From Thermoanaerobaculia bacterium (lineage in GTDB: Bacteria > Acidobacteriota > Thermoanaerobaculia > Multivoradales > Multivoraceae): DNA of 64,000 nucleotides. Made by a program: the position numbers and the translations under genes. Shown in pieces: positions 19,670 through 34,517 of the stretch. The notes below the pieces were generated by a model. That model was not told the origin of the DNA and did no database searches. It saw only the letters and a program-made list of their open reading frames with translations. The first letter of the stretch is position 1. Each line of letters begins with the position of its first letter. Where the stretch lies: NCBI GenBank assembly GCA_965214805.1, contig OZ243982.1, forward strand, positions 1,237,116 to 1,301,115. The letters run 5' to 3'.

Positions 19670-19773
19670 TCCCCGGAGCGCCCGTGTGCTGCGGCCGGGG
19701 GCTACCGTGATCCCGGGGTTACCGTGATCCTTGGCCAACCCTGAGCGCCCGTCGCGGCCGGGCGCCCATCGCG

Positions 19774-20979
19774 CTACTCTTCCTTCTCCCCGGCGGCCGC
19801 TGGCGCCGGACGCTCTGCCCTGCTGTCGCCGAGCAGAACGGCGACCCAGCGAAACTCCTCCGTGTTCTCGAGCATGATCTTGAGCACCATGGTCAGCGGC
19901 ACTGCCAGCAGCATCCCGATCGGGCCCCAGACCCAGCCCCAGAAGACCAGGGACAGAACGACGACCAGGGTGGAGAGGCCCAGGCGGCGGCCCATGAGGT
20001 GCGGCTCGATGAGGTTGCCGATGACCATGTTCACGACAAGGTAGCCGAACGCCACCAGGAGTCCGCGGCCGACACCGATCTGAACCATCGCCAGCAGGGT
20101 GGCCGGTACGGCGGCGATGATCGAGCCCAGGTTCGGGATGAAATTCAGGACGAAGGCGACCAGGCCCCAGAAGATCGCGAAGTCGACGCCGAGAGCACCG
20201 ACCCAGACCCCGATCAGCAGGCCGGTGGCCGAGCTGACCACGGTCTTGATGCCGATGTAGTGCTGAATCTCGTGCATGACGCGAAAGAACCGTTCCCCTG
20301 CATCGTCGGCGGTGAAGGCCATCCGCACCTTGGCGCGAAAGGTCGCGGCCTCGAACAGCATGAAGATCACGATGAAGGAGATGATCAGCAACGACGAGAA
20401 TGCGGTCGCCGTGTAGCGCAGCGCCTGGTTGGCGAAATCGAAGAGCAGGCTGGAATCCAGGCGTGACAGCAGACCCGGTTGTCGCGCCGCTTCGCCGGCA
20501 GCGTCCGGGCCGTCCGGAGTCGATTGGCCGTCCGCAGCGGCATCCGCGCCGCCCCTGCCGAACTCCGTATCCGCGGCGGCGTTGTTCACATCCGGCGAAG
20601 CGAGCCACTCGGGCTGCAGGCCGCGTTCCTCCAGCCAGGCGACACCGTCGTCAAGCAGTTCCGTCAAGCTGACCTGGTACTTGTCCATGTCGCCAGCGAG
20701 CTGATTGACGGTCGTCGCGACCAGGGAACCGGCCGCCGCCAGAACGGCGACGTCCAGCAGTATCGTGCCGACCACCGCCAGCATCGTCGGCAGGCGCCGC
20801 TCGAGCCAGAACAGCACCGGCAGACTGAGCGTGACGACGAATAGCGCGATCAGGAAGGGTTCGATGACCGATGACGCGGCCCGGAGACCCGCCACCAGAA
20901 CGACCACGCAGGCGGAGACGACCAGGACACGGACCGGCGTCCCGGAATCGCGGAGCGGTTCGCCTGAGTTCCCTGCCAT
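19774..20979 (-). CDS. AI-2E family transporter (PerM/UPF0118)
   Basis: Multi-pass membrane protein with the conserved C-terminal AI-2E core FIPNLGSIIAAVPATLLAMVQ...GNLIEPHLMGRRLGLSTLVVVLSLVFWGWVWGPIGMLLAVPLT; internal ATG at 20979 chosen. Confidence 0.85.
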   Translation of the reverse strand: MAGNSGEPLRDSGTPVRVLVVSACVVVLVAGLRAASSVIEPFLIALFVVTLSLPVLFWLERRLPTMLAVVGTILLDVAVLAAAGSLVATTVNQLAGDMDKYQVSLTELLDDGVAWLEERGLQPEWLASPDVNNAAADTEFGRGGADAAADGQSTPDGPDAAGEAARQPGLLSRLDSSLLFDFANQALRYTATAFSSLLIISFIVIFMLFEAATFRAKVRMAFTADDAGERFFRVMHEIQHYIGIKTVVSSATGLLIGVWVGALGVDFAIFWGLVAFVLNFIPNLGSIIAAVPATLLAMVQIGVGRGLLVAFGYLVVNMVIGNLIEPHLMGRRLGLSTLVVVLSLVFWGWVWGPIGMLLAVPLTMVLKIMLENTEEFRWVAVLLGDSRAERPAPAAAGEKEE

Positions 20980-21239
20980 GGTCCGACTCCGAGTGTAGCC
21001 GCCGGACCGGCGGGGCGTGCCGACTCCACAGCCCGCGCTCGATGGCCTCATGCCGACCTTCGGCCAAGGAGAATCGCTGCCACTATCGCGGTCGCTCTAC
21101 CTGCAAGACCTGCGCTCGATGACAGACACGCAGGCCTGCGGCCCGATGATCCTCCATGCTCTCTCCGCCGCCGCCGGCGAGGCGCACGCTCCCGTGCGGA
21201 GCCGTTGCCGCGGACGGCGCGAAAGCGCGCAACCGGGGT

Positions 21240-23183
<1,944 letters not shown>

Positions 23184-23240
23184 CCGTTTCTCCTTGCGGA
23201 CTGCCTGGCCTCCTTGCGGACTGCCTGGGCTGGAAGCCGG

Positions 23241-24833
<1,593 letters not shown>

Positions 24834-24888
24834 CTCACGCGATCCGGCGCGCGAGGCTATCGCACGTCACCGTCACAGCCGCGAACCA

Positions 24889-24963
24889 TGGCTCCTCGGG
24901 AGGGATTCGAACCCCCAACATTTCGGTTAACAGCCGAACGCTCTACCGTTGAGCTACCGAGGA
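24889..24963 (-). tRNA. tRNA-Asn (GTT)
   Basis: Reverse complement TCCTCGGTAGCTCAACGGTAGAGCGTTCGGCTGTTAACCGAAATGTTGGGGGTTCGAATCCCTCCCGAGGAGCCA; perfect 7-bp acceptor, anticodon loop CTGTTAA, T-loop TTCGAAT, CCA encoded. Confidence 0.9.
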
Positions 24964-25041
24964 AGAAGTCGCCGGCTCCGGGCAACATCGGCGGGCGACA
25001 TGGCGGTGAGCTTAGCAGCAGTCCGTGGCAGCAGTCCGCGG

Positions 25042-26766
<1,725 letters not shown>

Positions 26767-26775
26767 GCCGCGCCC

Positions 26776-28575
26776 TCAGGTCCCTGGCTGCCCGTACAGG
26801 GCAGGGCCGAGCTCCTGCTTCTCTTCGATCCTGCGCCGCAGGGCATCCATGTCGCCCTCGCGCTCGGCGCGTCTGATCTCCCGAGCGAGCAGGTGGAGCC
26901 GCTGTCTGGCGAAGCGCCGACCCAGCTCGGCGAGACTGATGCGGAGTTCCTGTGCAGAGAAGGCAGACGGCCGTTGTAGCAAAAGGCCGGCGATGCGGTC
27001 AACCGGGTTGCCGGTCTCGTTCCGGCCGCCGGCCCGCCGCCCAAGCGCCCCGACCAGCTCCGTCGAGTCGATGGCCTCGACACCCGCCTCGGCCTGTTCC
27101 CTGACGGCAAGATAGATGGCGCGCAGGACCGGATCGAAGAAGGCGTCGGCATCCGGCCAATCCAGACCGCGAAGCGACGGAGCAGTGATGATCAGCCGCA
27201 GCACCTGCTCTTCGATCGAAGCCGTGACCGGAGGCCGCCGCCCCGCCGGCCTTTCTTCCGCGCCGGCGCTCCGAGGACGCTGCGTGACCCTGGCCGACTC
27301 GCGCAGCAGCACCTCCACCCTGACTCCCAACCGCTCGGCGGCGTACTCCAGGTACCCCCCGCGTGCAATCGGATCCCTGACCCGGTCGATCAGCAGCCGG
27401 ACCCGCGCGGCTTCCCGCGCCCTCACCCTGGGGTCGAGTTCGCCGCGATTCGGCAGCTCGTCGATTTCCAGCGCCACCGCGTCCCGGGCCTCGTCGACGA
27501 CGCTGCGGACCGCCTCGGGCCCTTCGTCAAGTCGCAGCGAATCGGGATCCTGGCCGGCCGGGAAGCGGGCGCGTCGGACCGAGAGGCCGGCCTCGAGCAT
27601 CAGCGACGCTGCCTTGCGCGCCGCCTCGATTCCGGCCCTGTCGCCGTCGTAGCCCAGCACCACTTCGTCCGTGTAGCGGGACAGCAACCGTACCTGTTGC
27701 GCCGTCAACGCCGTGCCCATGCTCGCCACCGCCCAGTCGATGCCGGACGCGACCGCGCCGATCACGTCGAAGTAGCCTTCCACGAGCAGCGCCCGGCCCT
27801 GCTCCCGGATGCCGCGGCGGGCCGCATCGAGACCGTAGAGCAGAGAGCCCTTGCGAAACCGGTCGGTCTCGTTCGTGTTGACGTACTTCGCCTTGTCGTT
27901 GCCCAGCGTTCGGCCGCCGAAGGCGAGCAGACGGCCCGACGGCGACCGGATGGGGAACATGAGCCGATTGCGGAACCGGTCGTAGGGGCGCTCCGGGTTC
28001 GCGGGACTGCGCGCGACCAGCCCCGCAGCCTCCAGGTCGGGCAGCGTCAGGCGGCGGCCCAGGTCCTGAACCAGGGCCTGCCAGCTGTCCGGCGCAAAGC
28101 CGACACCGAACCGGGCGATCAGTTCCGACGGCACCTTGCGCCGGCGCAGGTAGTCCTGCGGCGCCGCCTCGGTGCGCAGTTTGCCGCGAAAGAAGGTGCA
28201 AGCCGCATCAAGGGCGGCCTGAATCTTCGCCGACCGGTCGGCCCGCCCATCCGCGCCAGGGCCCGGCGCCGTCCGCGCCAGCGGGATCCCGTAGCGGTCG
28301 GCCATGTGTTCGACCGCCGCGGCGAAGTCGTCTCCCGTCAACTCCATGTGCAGGCCAAGGGCGTCGCCGCCGGCGCCGCAGCCGAAGCAGTAGTACAGCT
28401 TCCGTTCCGGATCGAGCGACAGGGACGGGGTCTTTTCCTTGTGGAACGGACAGAGCGCCACGAAGCGCTGGCCCCGGCGCTCGACCTTCGTGTGTTCGCT
28501 CGCGATGTCGACGATGTCGATCGCCTCGCGCACGGCATCCACCGCCCCGTCGGTCAGCCGCGAACGCCCTGGCAC
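26776..28575 (-). CDS. dnaG: DNA primase DnaG
   Basis: 599 aa; zinc ribbon CPFHKEKTPSLSL...YYCFGCGAGGD, TOPRIM domain (VLLVEGYFDVI, DGDRAGIEAA). Confidence 0.95.
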   Translation of the reverse strand: MPGRSRLTDGAVDAVREAIDIVDIASEHTKVERRGQRFVALCPFHKEKTPSLSLDPERKLYYCFGCGAGGDALGLHMELTGDDFAAAVEHMADRYGIPLARTAPGPGADGRADRSAKIQAALDAACTFFRGKLRTEAAPQDYLRRRKVPSELIARFGVGFAPDSWQALVQDLGRRLTLPDLEAAGLVARSPANPERPYDRFRNRLMFPIRSPSGRLLAFGGRTLGNDKAKYVNTNETDRFRKGSLLYGLDAARRGIREQGRALLVEGYFDVIGAVASGIDWAVASMGTALTAQQVRLLSRYTDEVVLGYDGDRAGIEAARKAASLMLEAGLSVRRARFPAGQDPDSLRLDEGPEAVRSVVDEARDAVALEIDELPNRGELDPRVRAREAARVRLLIDRVRDPIARGGYLEYAAERLGVRVEVLLRESARVTQRPRSAGAEERPAGRRPPVTASIEEQVLRLIITAPSLRGLDWPDADAFFDPVLRAIYLAVREQAEAGVEAIDSTELVGALGRRAGGRNETGNPVDRIAGLLLQRPSAFSAQELRISLAELGRRFARQRLHLLAREIRRAEREGDMDALRRRIEEKQELGPALYGQPGT

Positions 28576-28688
28576 GATCAGTCATGCTACTGCGGACAGC
28601 GGCGGCCCCGGAAGGACTCCCGAAGCAGAACGACGAAGAACACCGGCCTTCTGTTCCTCTCCTGACCTCATGCTCGACAACCCCTGAC

Positions 28689-31211
28689 CTAACGCAGCAC
28701 GACTTCGGTCGAGCCGTCGCCGCCCGCCGAGGGCGGCGACGGATTGAAACCGGCCACTGCCGGATGCCTGCGCAGATGCTCGCGGACGGCCCGACGCAGC
28801 CGGCCGCTGCCATGACCGTGGATCACGCGCACCCGCTCCCGGCCCGAAGCCAGGGCCCGGTCGAGATAGGCGTCCAGGGAGTCGAGCGCTGGATCGACCT
28901 TCTGGCCGATCAGCATCAGCTCCGGCTCGACGGCCGGTGCCGGGAATGCCTGGAACCGTACCCGAGGCGAAGCGACCTGCTCCACCGGCGGCGCCGCCTC
29001 CAGTGCCGAGCGTGCCGCCTGCACCCGTTTTCCCAGCACCAGGACCGTGGCCCGATCGCCACTCAGTTGCTGGAGCTTGCCGACCCAACCGAGCGAGCGG
29101 TGGCGCACCGGAGCGCCGATCACGAGGGGGCGCCTCCGCTCCGGCACCGCAGCGGATTCCGAATCTCGTTCGCCGGGGGCCACGGCACCCCCGGAAACGC
29201 CCGAACTGCCGGCCTCGGCGGCTGCACGTTCGCGCGCGGCGGCCGCTTCGCGGGAAAGTTCGCGGTGCAGGTCGCCGGCAGCGCGGGCAAACGCGCGCTT
29301 GCCCGGACGGGGTTGCGCCGCCAACTCGGCCAGGGCCTGATCCAACCTGCCGCGGTTCCCCCGGCGCAAGGCATCCACTTCGCGCCGCACTGCCTGGTCC
29401 AGCCGCTTCCGAGCCGCCAGCAGCGACGCCTGGCGGATCTGGAAGCGACCCCGCTCGGCCTCCGTCTCGGCGGTCAGTCGGGCGAGCGCCGCTTCCCGTT
29501 CGAGCAGTCGTTCCCGGAGCCGCTCGTTACGCTCCAGCACACGTCTCAACTGCCGGTGCTCCGAGCCGAGAAAGTGCTCCGCACGCTCCAGCCACGCCGC
29601 CGGCAGCCCCAGGCGCCGGGCCAGAGCGAGCGCACGGCTGCCGCCGGGCGGCCCGATCACCAGCCGGTAGGTCGGCAGACCGCCATGCGGGTCGAAACTC
29701 ATCGCGGCGCAGGCCGCTGACCGAGACTCGAGAGCGGCGGCGGCAAGCTGGGTCAGGTGCGTGGTGAGGATTCCCAGCGAGGCGCTCTCGACCAGACCCT
29801 CGAGCAGGGCGATCCCGAGCGCCGCGCCTTCTTCGGGATTCGTTCCGGCTCCGACCTCGTCGAGCAGCACCAGCGTCCGCGGTCCGGCGCGACGCCAGAC
29901 TTCCTGCAGACGCAGCAGCCTCGCGCTGAAGGTCGACTGTTCGTCGAGCACGCTCTGGTCGTCGCCGACCACCGCCACGAGGTGATCGAAGATCGGAAAC
30001 CGGCTGTCGGACGCCGCCGGCACCGGCATGCCCGCCTGGGTCATCAGGCACAGCAGTCCGACGGTCTTGAGCGCCACCGTCTTGCCGCCGGCATTGGGAC
30101 CGGTCAGAACCAGGGTCCGTTGATCGGCCAGCAGCGCCAGATCGAGCGGCACCACTTCGCCGCGGTTGCCTGCGGCGCCGAGAGTCCGCTCCCGGTGCTC
30201 GGCCAGAAGCGGGTCGAGCAGCGGATGGCGGGCGCCGCGCAGCTCGAGCGCCGCTGCCGAACCGTCCGGCGACGGCGGCGCGATGCCGGCCAGCCCGGCG
30301 CCGACTTCGGCGCCGAACCGCGCCACTGCCTGCAGCGCGTCGACGGCGGCAAGAAAATCGATCCTGGCAAGGATCGCCGGCGCCAGATCCAGCGCCTGCC
30401 GTACCAGCTCGGCGAGGATACGGGCCCGCTCGACCTCCTTGTCGGCGGCGATCCGCTCGAGCTCGTCGTTGCCTTCCACCACTTCCGAGGGCTCGAAGTG
30501 GAAGCTGCGGCCCGAGGCGGAGCGCCCCCTGACGAGGCCGGAAAGACGGCCGCGACTGCCGGAGGGCAGCAACACGGAAAAGCGGCCGCCGCGCATCGGT
30601 GTCGAATGGTCGGCGAGCCGGTGACCATGCTCTCGGACGTACGCCTGTACCTTTGCCTCCACGGACGCCAGGTTGCTGCGCGATTCCCGCGCCAGTCTTC
30701 TCAGTCGCGGCGATGCGTCGTCCCGCACGGCGCCGTGACGATCCAGGCTGCGGCGGAGCCGCGCCGCCAGGGCGGCGCAACCGATCGACTCCCCGGATCC
30801 GTCGCCGCTTGCACCGCCAGCCTCCAGCGCCCGCAGCGACTCGACTTCCGTCGCAAGCCGCGGGGTCTCTTCCCGGTCGCCCAGCCGCTCGAGGACTTCC
30901 TCGCCGGCCTCGATCACCGCCGCCAGGCCCTGGAGAGCGGCGCCGCCCAGCCGGCGCCCGCCGGTCTCCAGCCGGCGCCGCAGTTCCAGGAGCTCCTGGT
31001 CGAGCACCGGCACGAGAACGCCCCCGCCCTCCAGCTCCCGGGCCACTTCGGCGTAGCGCGTCCGTCGAAGCCCGATCTCGTCAGGGTCCGTGTGCGGCGA
31101 GACGGAACAAACGAGTCTTCGGCCTGCGTCCGTCGCCGCAAACCCGGCAACGACCGATAGCAGCGCCGGAAACTCCAGCGCCTCGGAAGTCGCGCTGCTG
31201 CAGCAACTCAT
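28689..31211 (-). CDS. mutS2: Endonuclease MutS2 (MutS domain V ATPase plus C-terminal Smr domain)
   Basis: Walker A LVLTGPNAGGKTVALKTVGL and a C-terminal Smr nuclease (LDSLDAYLDRALASGRERVRVIHGHGSGRLRRAVREHL); the internal ATG at 31211 (MSCCSSATSEALEFPALLSV) gives 840 aa; the track ORF is extended upstream by shadow sequence. Confidence 0.88.
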   Translation of the reverse strand: MSCCSSATSEALEFPALLSVVAGFAATDAGRRLVCSVSPHTDPDEIGLRRTRYAEVARELEGGGVLVPVLDQELLELRRRLETGGRRLGGAALQGLAAVIEAGEEVLERLGDREETPRLATEVESLRALEAGGASGDGSGESIGCAALAARLRRSLDRHGAVRDDASPRLRRLARESRSNLASVEAKVQAYVREHGHRLADHSTPMRGGRFSVLLPSGSRGRLSGLVRGRSASGRSFHFEPSEVVEGNDELERIAADKEVERARILAELVRQALDLAPAILARIDFLAAVDALQAVARFGAEVGAGLAGIAPPSPDGSAAALELRGARHPLLDPLLAEHRERTLGAAGNRGEVVPLDLALLADQRTLVLTGPNAGGKTVALKTVGLLCLMTQAGMPVPAASDSRFPIFDHLVAVVGDDQSVLDEQSTFSARLLRLQEVWRRAGPRTLVLLDEVGAGTNPEEGAALGIALLEGLVESASLGILTTHLTQLAAAALESRSAACAAMSFDPHGGLPTYRLVIGPPGGSRALALARRLGLPAAWLERAEHFLGSEHRQLRRVLERNERLRERLLEREAALARLTAETEAERGRFQIRQASLLAARKRLDQAVRREVDALRRGNRGRLDQALAELAAQPRPGKRAFARAAGDLHRELSREAAAARERAAAEAGSSGVSGGAVAPGERDSESAAVPERRRPLVIGAPVRHRSLGWVGKLQQLSGDRATVLVLGKRVQAARSALEAAPPVEQVASPRVRFQAFPAPAVEPELMLIGQKVDPALDSLDAYLDRALASGRERVRVIHGHGSGRLRRAVREHLRRHPAVAGFNPSPPSAGGDGSTEVVLR

Positions 31212-31309
31212 CTTCGTTGCCGATCCGCGAGCGGATCCGGTGGGCGCGTGTGACCTCGCCCGAGCTCGCCCTGCAGTTGCTCCTGCTCCGCGCCGGTGCG
31301 CGGTGCGGA

Positions 31310-31519
31310 TCAGGCCAATCCGGCGCGACGCTCCTCGGCCAGCTTGCGCAGCATCTTCTTGCGCGCCTGCATCACCTTCCGCTTGCGCTTGACTGACGGC
31401 TTCTCGAAGTGCTGGCGCTTCTTGAGCTCCGTCAGAATGCCCTCTTTCTCGCACTTTCGCTTGAAGCGGCGAAGGGCATTCTCGAAGCTCTCGTGTTCGC
31501 GTACCTGGACTATCGGCAT
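31310..31519 (-). CDS. rpsU: 30S ribosomal protein S21
   Basis: [48 protein letters not shown]; the ATG at 31519 is preceded by GGAGGA. Confidence 0.9.
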   Translation of the reverse strand: MPIVQVREHESFENALRRFKRKCEKEGILTELKKRQHFEKPSVKRKRKVMQARKKMLRKLAEERRAGLA

Positions 31520-31736
31520 AGCCTGGACTCGTCCTCCGTTCATGAGCCAGGCTCGGGGCCGACCCGACTCACCCTCGTCGCCCGTGGCCTGTCACCTGTG
31601 GTCGCCGACACACGACAAACCCACAGAATGTCGGGCATTATGGACCAGCCGACGTACCGTCGTCAACAAGCCCGTGTCCGCCCCCCGTGCGCAGGCAGGG
31701 TCTGGCCACCCGAACGGGGCGGCTCTCCCGAGGCCG

Positions 31737-32537
31737 CTACTCTTCCTCGTCTTCCTCGTCCTGCCCCTCGACCGCGTTGAAATCGGTACGGTACACCTTG
31801 CGATCGTTCTCCTGGAAGAACACGCCAACGGCAGCGCTCCTGCCGTGCTGCTCGGGATCCTTGGGATAGAACCAGGCAAACACGTTGTCTTCAGCGAAGT
31901 TCCGCACGTAGCTGTGGAAGACCTTGCCCAGGACAGCCTCCACCTCGGCCTCGGTCATGCCCAGCTTCACTTCCGCAAACCGTTCAGCCGAAACGTAGCG
32001 GTCTGCCTCGTACCGGGCGATCATCGCCGCGAGGTCGGGGTTGTCCGGATCGTTCGTCTGAGCCCGCCGCAGAATATCGATCGCCTCCCGGTAGTCGCCG
32101 CCCTTGACCACGTACTCCTGGGCCAGGTACATGTCCTCGCTGGACTTCATCGCGAAGACCGCACGCTGCTCGTCGTTCCTCTCGTCGTCGGGGTTCCACC
32201 CGGCTTCGTTGATGTAGTTGACCAGCTTCTGCATGAAGGCATCGGCGTCGGTGCCGATCTCCTCGTCCAGGGCGTCCGCCTGGGCGGCGAGAGCCTCGGC
32301 GTCCTCGCCCTCGGCTGGCGCGGCGGCCTGCGCGCGCAGCTGCTCCAGTTCGGCCCGCCTGTCCTGCAAGGCGGCCTGAGCTTCCTCCAGTTCGCCCCAT
32401 GCCTCCGCCCGTGCGGCTGTCGCCCGCTCCTCTTCGGAAGGACCGCACGCGGCCAGAAGGGCGAACAGAAGAAAAACAGCGCCGGCGGCTGCTGAAACTG
32501 CCCGCCCCGGCCGCCCGACAGGAGTGAATCTCGACAT
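31737..32537 (-). CDS. Hypothetical lipoprotein (Ala/Glu-rich coiled-coil N-terminus, acidic C-terminal tail)
   Basis: 266 aa; lipobox LLAACG; composition includes Y, N, K and F (YVVKGGDYREAIDILRRAQTNDPDNPD), unlike the shadow frames. Confidence 0.6.
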   Translation of the reverse strand: MSRFTPVGRPGRAVSAAAGAVFLLFALLAACGPSEEERATAARAEAWGELEEAQAALQDRRAELEQLRAQAAAPAEGEDAEALAAQADALDEEIGTDADAFMQKLVNYINEAGWNPDDERNDEQRAVFAMKSSEDMYLAQEYVVKGGDYREAIDILRRAQTNDPDNPDLAAMIARYEADRYVSAERFAEVKLGMTEAEVEAVLGKVFHSYVRNFAEDNVFAWFYPKDPEQHGRSAAVGVFFQENDRKVYRTDFNAVEGQDEEDEEE

Positions 32538-32718
32538 TCAGGCACCCTCCCTGGATCACGGTTCGCGTGCCAGCCACTATACCCCAAAGGGGAGGCCGTA
32601 CTCCGGAAGGGACCGTCGATGAAGACCGGAAGCCTGCGCCCCGCAGAACACCGCGAGCGGGTGCTGCAGGAACCGCGCCGCCGCCCAGGACCGGCCGCCC
32701 AGGACTCCGAGGCGAGAC

Positions 32719-32768
32719 CGGACGATCCGGGCTGCCGGACGATCCGGGCTGCCGGACGATCCTGGGGC
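32719..32768 (+). repeat. Tandem direct repeat, 17-bp unit gacgatccgggctgccg in about 2.8 copies, 30 bp upstream of tRNA-Met
   Basis: Perfect copies at 32721-32737 and 32738-32754, degenerate third copy to 32768. Confidence 0.6.
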
Positions 32769-32799
32769 TATACTGCTGCCCGGCGTTCCGGGGCCCGAA

Positions 32800-32872
32800 G
32801 GGTCCATAGCTCAGCGGTCAGAGCATCCGGCTCATAACCGGCAGGTCCCTGGTTCGAATCCAGGTGGACCCA
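32800..32872 (+). tRNA. tRNA-Met elongator type (CAT anticodon; tRNA-Ile2 with lysidine cannot be excluded); CCA not encoded
   Basis: GGGTCCATAGCTCAGCGGTCAGAGCATCCGGCTCATAACCGGCAGGTCCCTGGTTCGAATCCAGGTGGACCCA; perfect 7-bp acceptor, G1:C72 paired (so not an initiator), anticodon loop CTCATAA, T-loop TTCGAAT. Confidence 0.85.
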
Positions 32873-32936
32873 TACCGTGAAGCGCCGGCTCCTGCGCATG
32901 CCAACTCCCTGCAACCCTCTCACAGAACGATGCTTC

Positions 32937-32975
32937 GCCGATGGACTGAACCAGGCCGATGGACTGAACCGGACC
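32937..32975 (+). repeat. Direct repeat gccgatggactgaacc x2 (18-bp register) plus a partial third unit, between tRNA-Met and the zinc-ribbon gene
   Basis: Perfect 16-mers at 32937-32952 and 32955-32970, then ggac; about 55 bp upstream of the ATG at 33024. Confidence 0.55.
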
Positions 32976-33023
32976 GGCAGGTCAACATCGCGGGTCAGGC
33001 CGTGGCGCTTCGGGACGGATTGA

Positions 33024-33764
33024 ATGGAAAGAGTCCTTGACACGATCGTAGAGCTGCAGGAGGCAAGCGTGGAACTCGCGCGCAGTCTCGCCCTGCTCGA
33101 CGGGGTTCCCGAGTCGATGCAGGAACTTCACCGCGAACACGAAAGCAGGCGCAGCGAGATCGAAGAGCTGGAGCAGGAACAACAGCAGGCGGAGCTCGAG
33201 CGCCGCGCCGCCGAAATCGAGTCGGCAGCCGGCAAGGACAGCATCAGGAACTATCAGGAGCAGATTTCCCGCGTCACCACGCAGCGCGAGTACAGCGCGC
33301 TGCTGAGCGAGATCGACACCGTACGCGCGCAGATGCGGGAAGCCGACGAGAAGGCTCTTCTGGCTCTCGAACGTCAGGATCAGGCGTCGGCGCTCCTCGA
33401 CGAACTCCGCGGAGCCTTCGAGAGCCTGGACCTGCAGTACCGGGAGGCGCTGGCCGGCTGGGAAGAGCAGAAGCCCGCCATGAGGCAGCGGGTCGACGTG
33501 CTGAAGGGTCGGATCGAGGTCTTTCGCGAACGGCTGCCCCCCGCGACCCTGAACCAGTACGAACGGCTGTTCCAGCGTCACCGCGGCAGCCCGCTGGCGG
33601 TCATCCGGATGATCGAGAGCGCCAGGGCTCCGATCCGGCACTGTTCGTTCTGCAACTACCGGATCCGTCCCCAGGTAGTGCTCCAGATCCAGGCCCGGGG
33701 CGCCCTGGTTCCCTGTGACTCCTGCCAACGGATCCTGTATCTGGACGACGGAGAGAACGGCTGA
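33024..33764 (+). CDS. Coiled-coil protein with a C-terminal C4 zinc ribbon (zf-RING_7/DUF164, COG1579-like)
   Basis: 246 aa; long heptad-repeat N-terminus (EIEELEQEQQQAELERRAAEIE) and C-terminal HCSFCNYRIRPQV...PCDSCQRILY. Confidence 0.7.
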   Translation: MERVLDTIVELQEASVELARSLALLDGVPESMQELHREHESRRSEIEELEQEQQQAELERRAAEIESAAGKDSIRNYQEQISRVTTQREYSALLSEIDTVRAQMREADEKALLALERQDQASALLDELRGAFESLDLQYREALAGWEEQKPAMRQRVDVLKGRIEVFRERLPPATLNQYERLFQRHRGSPLAVIRMIESARAPIRHCSFCNYRIRPQVVLQIQARGALVPCDSCQRILYLDDGENG

Positions 33765-33805
33765 GCAGGACGCCCGATACGACAACCGCCGAGCGCCACA
33801 CGGAC

Positions 33806-34507
33806 TTGACGGAGCGGCTGTCGGAGGCCTGCCGGCGCGCCGGACGAGCTGCGCACGAGGTTGTCCTGGTCGGCGCCTGCAAGCGCCAGCCCCTGCAGCG
33901 CATCCTGGAGGCCGTGGACGCCGGCCTCCGTGTCCTGGGCGAGAACCAGGTCCAGGAGGGCCAGGCGCATCGCGCGGCGCTCCTCGAGGCCGGCTACGAC
34001 CACGTCGAGTGGCGCCTGATCGGGCCTCTGCAGACGAACAAGGCGCCGCGGGCATGCAGCGTCTTCGACGTGTTCGAGGCGGTCGACCGGGTCAAGGTCG
34101 CGCAGCGACTCGACCGCGTGCTGCGGAGCCGGCAGAGCGGGCAGCGGACCTGCCTGCTCGAAGTCAACATCGGCCGCGAGCCCAGCAAGCACGGGTTCCT
34201 GCCAGAGGAGGCAGACACCATGCTGGGCCTGGCCGAACTGAGCCACCTGTCCGTTCGCGGGCTGATGGCGATCCCGCCGCGACGCGCAGACCCGCGGGAG
34301 TCCCGCAGCGACTTCGCGGCCCTGCGCCGCCTGCGCGACGACCTGGGTCGGCGCGGCCTGTTCGGCGACCACGAGGGGTGGCTGTCGATGGGGATGAGCG
34401 CGGACTTCGAGACCGCCGTGCTCGAAGGCGCTACCCACGTACGGATCGGTTCGGCCCTGTTCGGGCCGCGCGCGCAGCGCCGAGACCGCAACGCCGCGGG
34501 CTGGTAG
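33806..34507 (+). CDS. yggS: YggS-family pyridoxal-phosphate homeostasis protein
   Basis: 233 aa alanine-racemase-N-terminal-fold protein; LVGACKRQP PLP-lysine region, GENQVQE, HLIGPLQTNK-like LIGPLQTNKAP, and C-terminal HVRIGSALFG. Confidence 0.9.
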   Translation: MTERLSEACRRAGRAAHEVVLVGACKRQPLQRILEAVDAGLRVLGENQVQEGQAHRAALLEAGYDHVEWRLIGPLQTNKAPRACSVFDVFEAVDRVKVAQRLDRVLRSRQSGQRTCLLEVNIGREPSKHGFLPEEADTMLGLAELSHLSVRGLMAIPPRRADPRESRSDFAALRRLRDDLGRRGLFGDHEGWLSMGMSADFETAVLEGATHVRIGSALFGPRAQRRDRNAAGW

Positions 34508-34517
34508 CGTTCCACCC

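Noticed and set aside
18809-20608. 599 aa minus-strand ORF
   Set aside because: It is antisense to the reductase gene and overlaps the AI-2E transporter in another frame; R/G-rich.
28575-31454. Possible selenoprotein or SECIS search in genes near selC
   Set aside because: No ORF in the window shows an in-frame TGA with a continuing reading frame and a downstream hairpin; nothing to report beyond the tRNA itself.
32800-32872. Calling the CAT tRNA an initiator tRNA-fMet
   Set aside because: Positions 1:72 are a G:C pair and the anticodon stem lacks the three consecutive G:C pairs of initiators; it is elongator Met or tRNA-Ile2.
32719-32975. Possible CRISPR array near tRNA-Met
   Set aside because: There are only 2-3 units of 16-17 bp with no unique spacers and no cas genes; these are simple tandem repeats.
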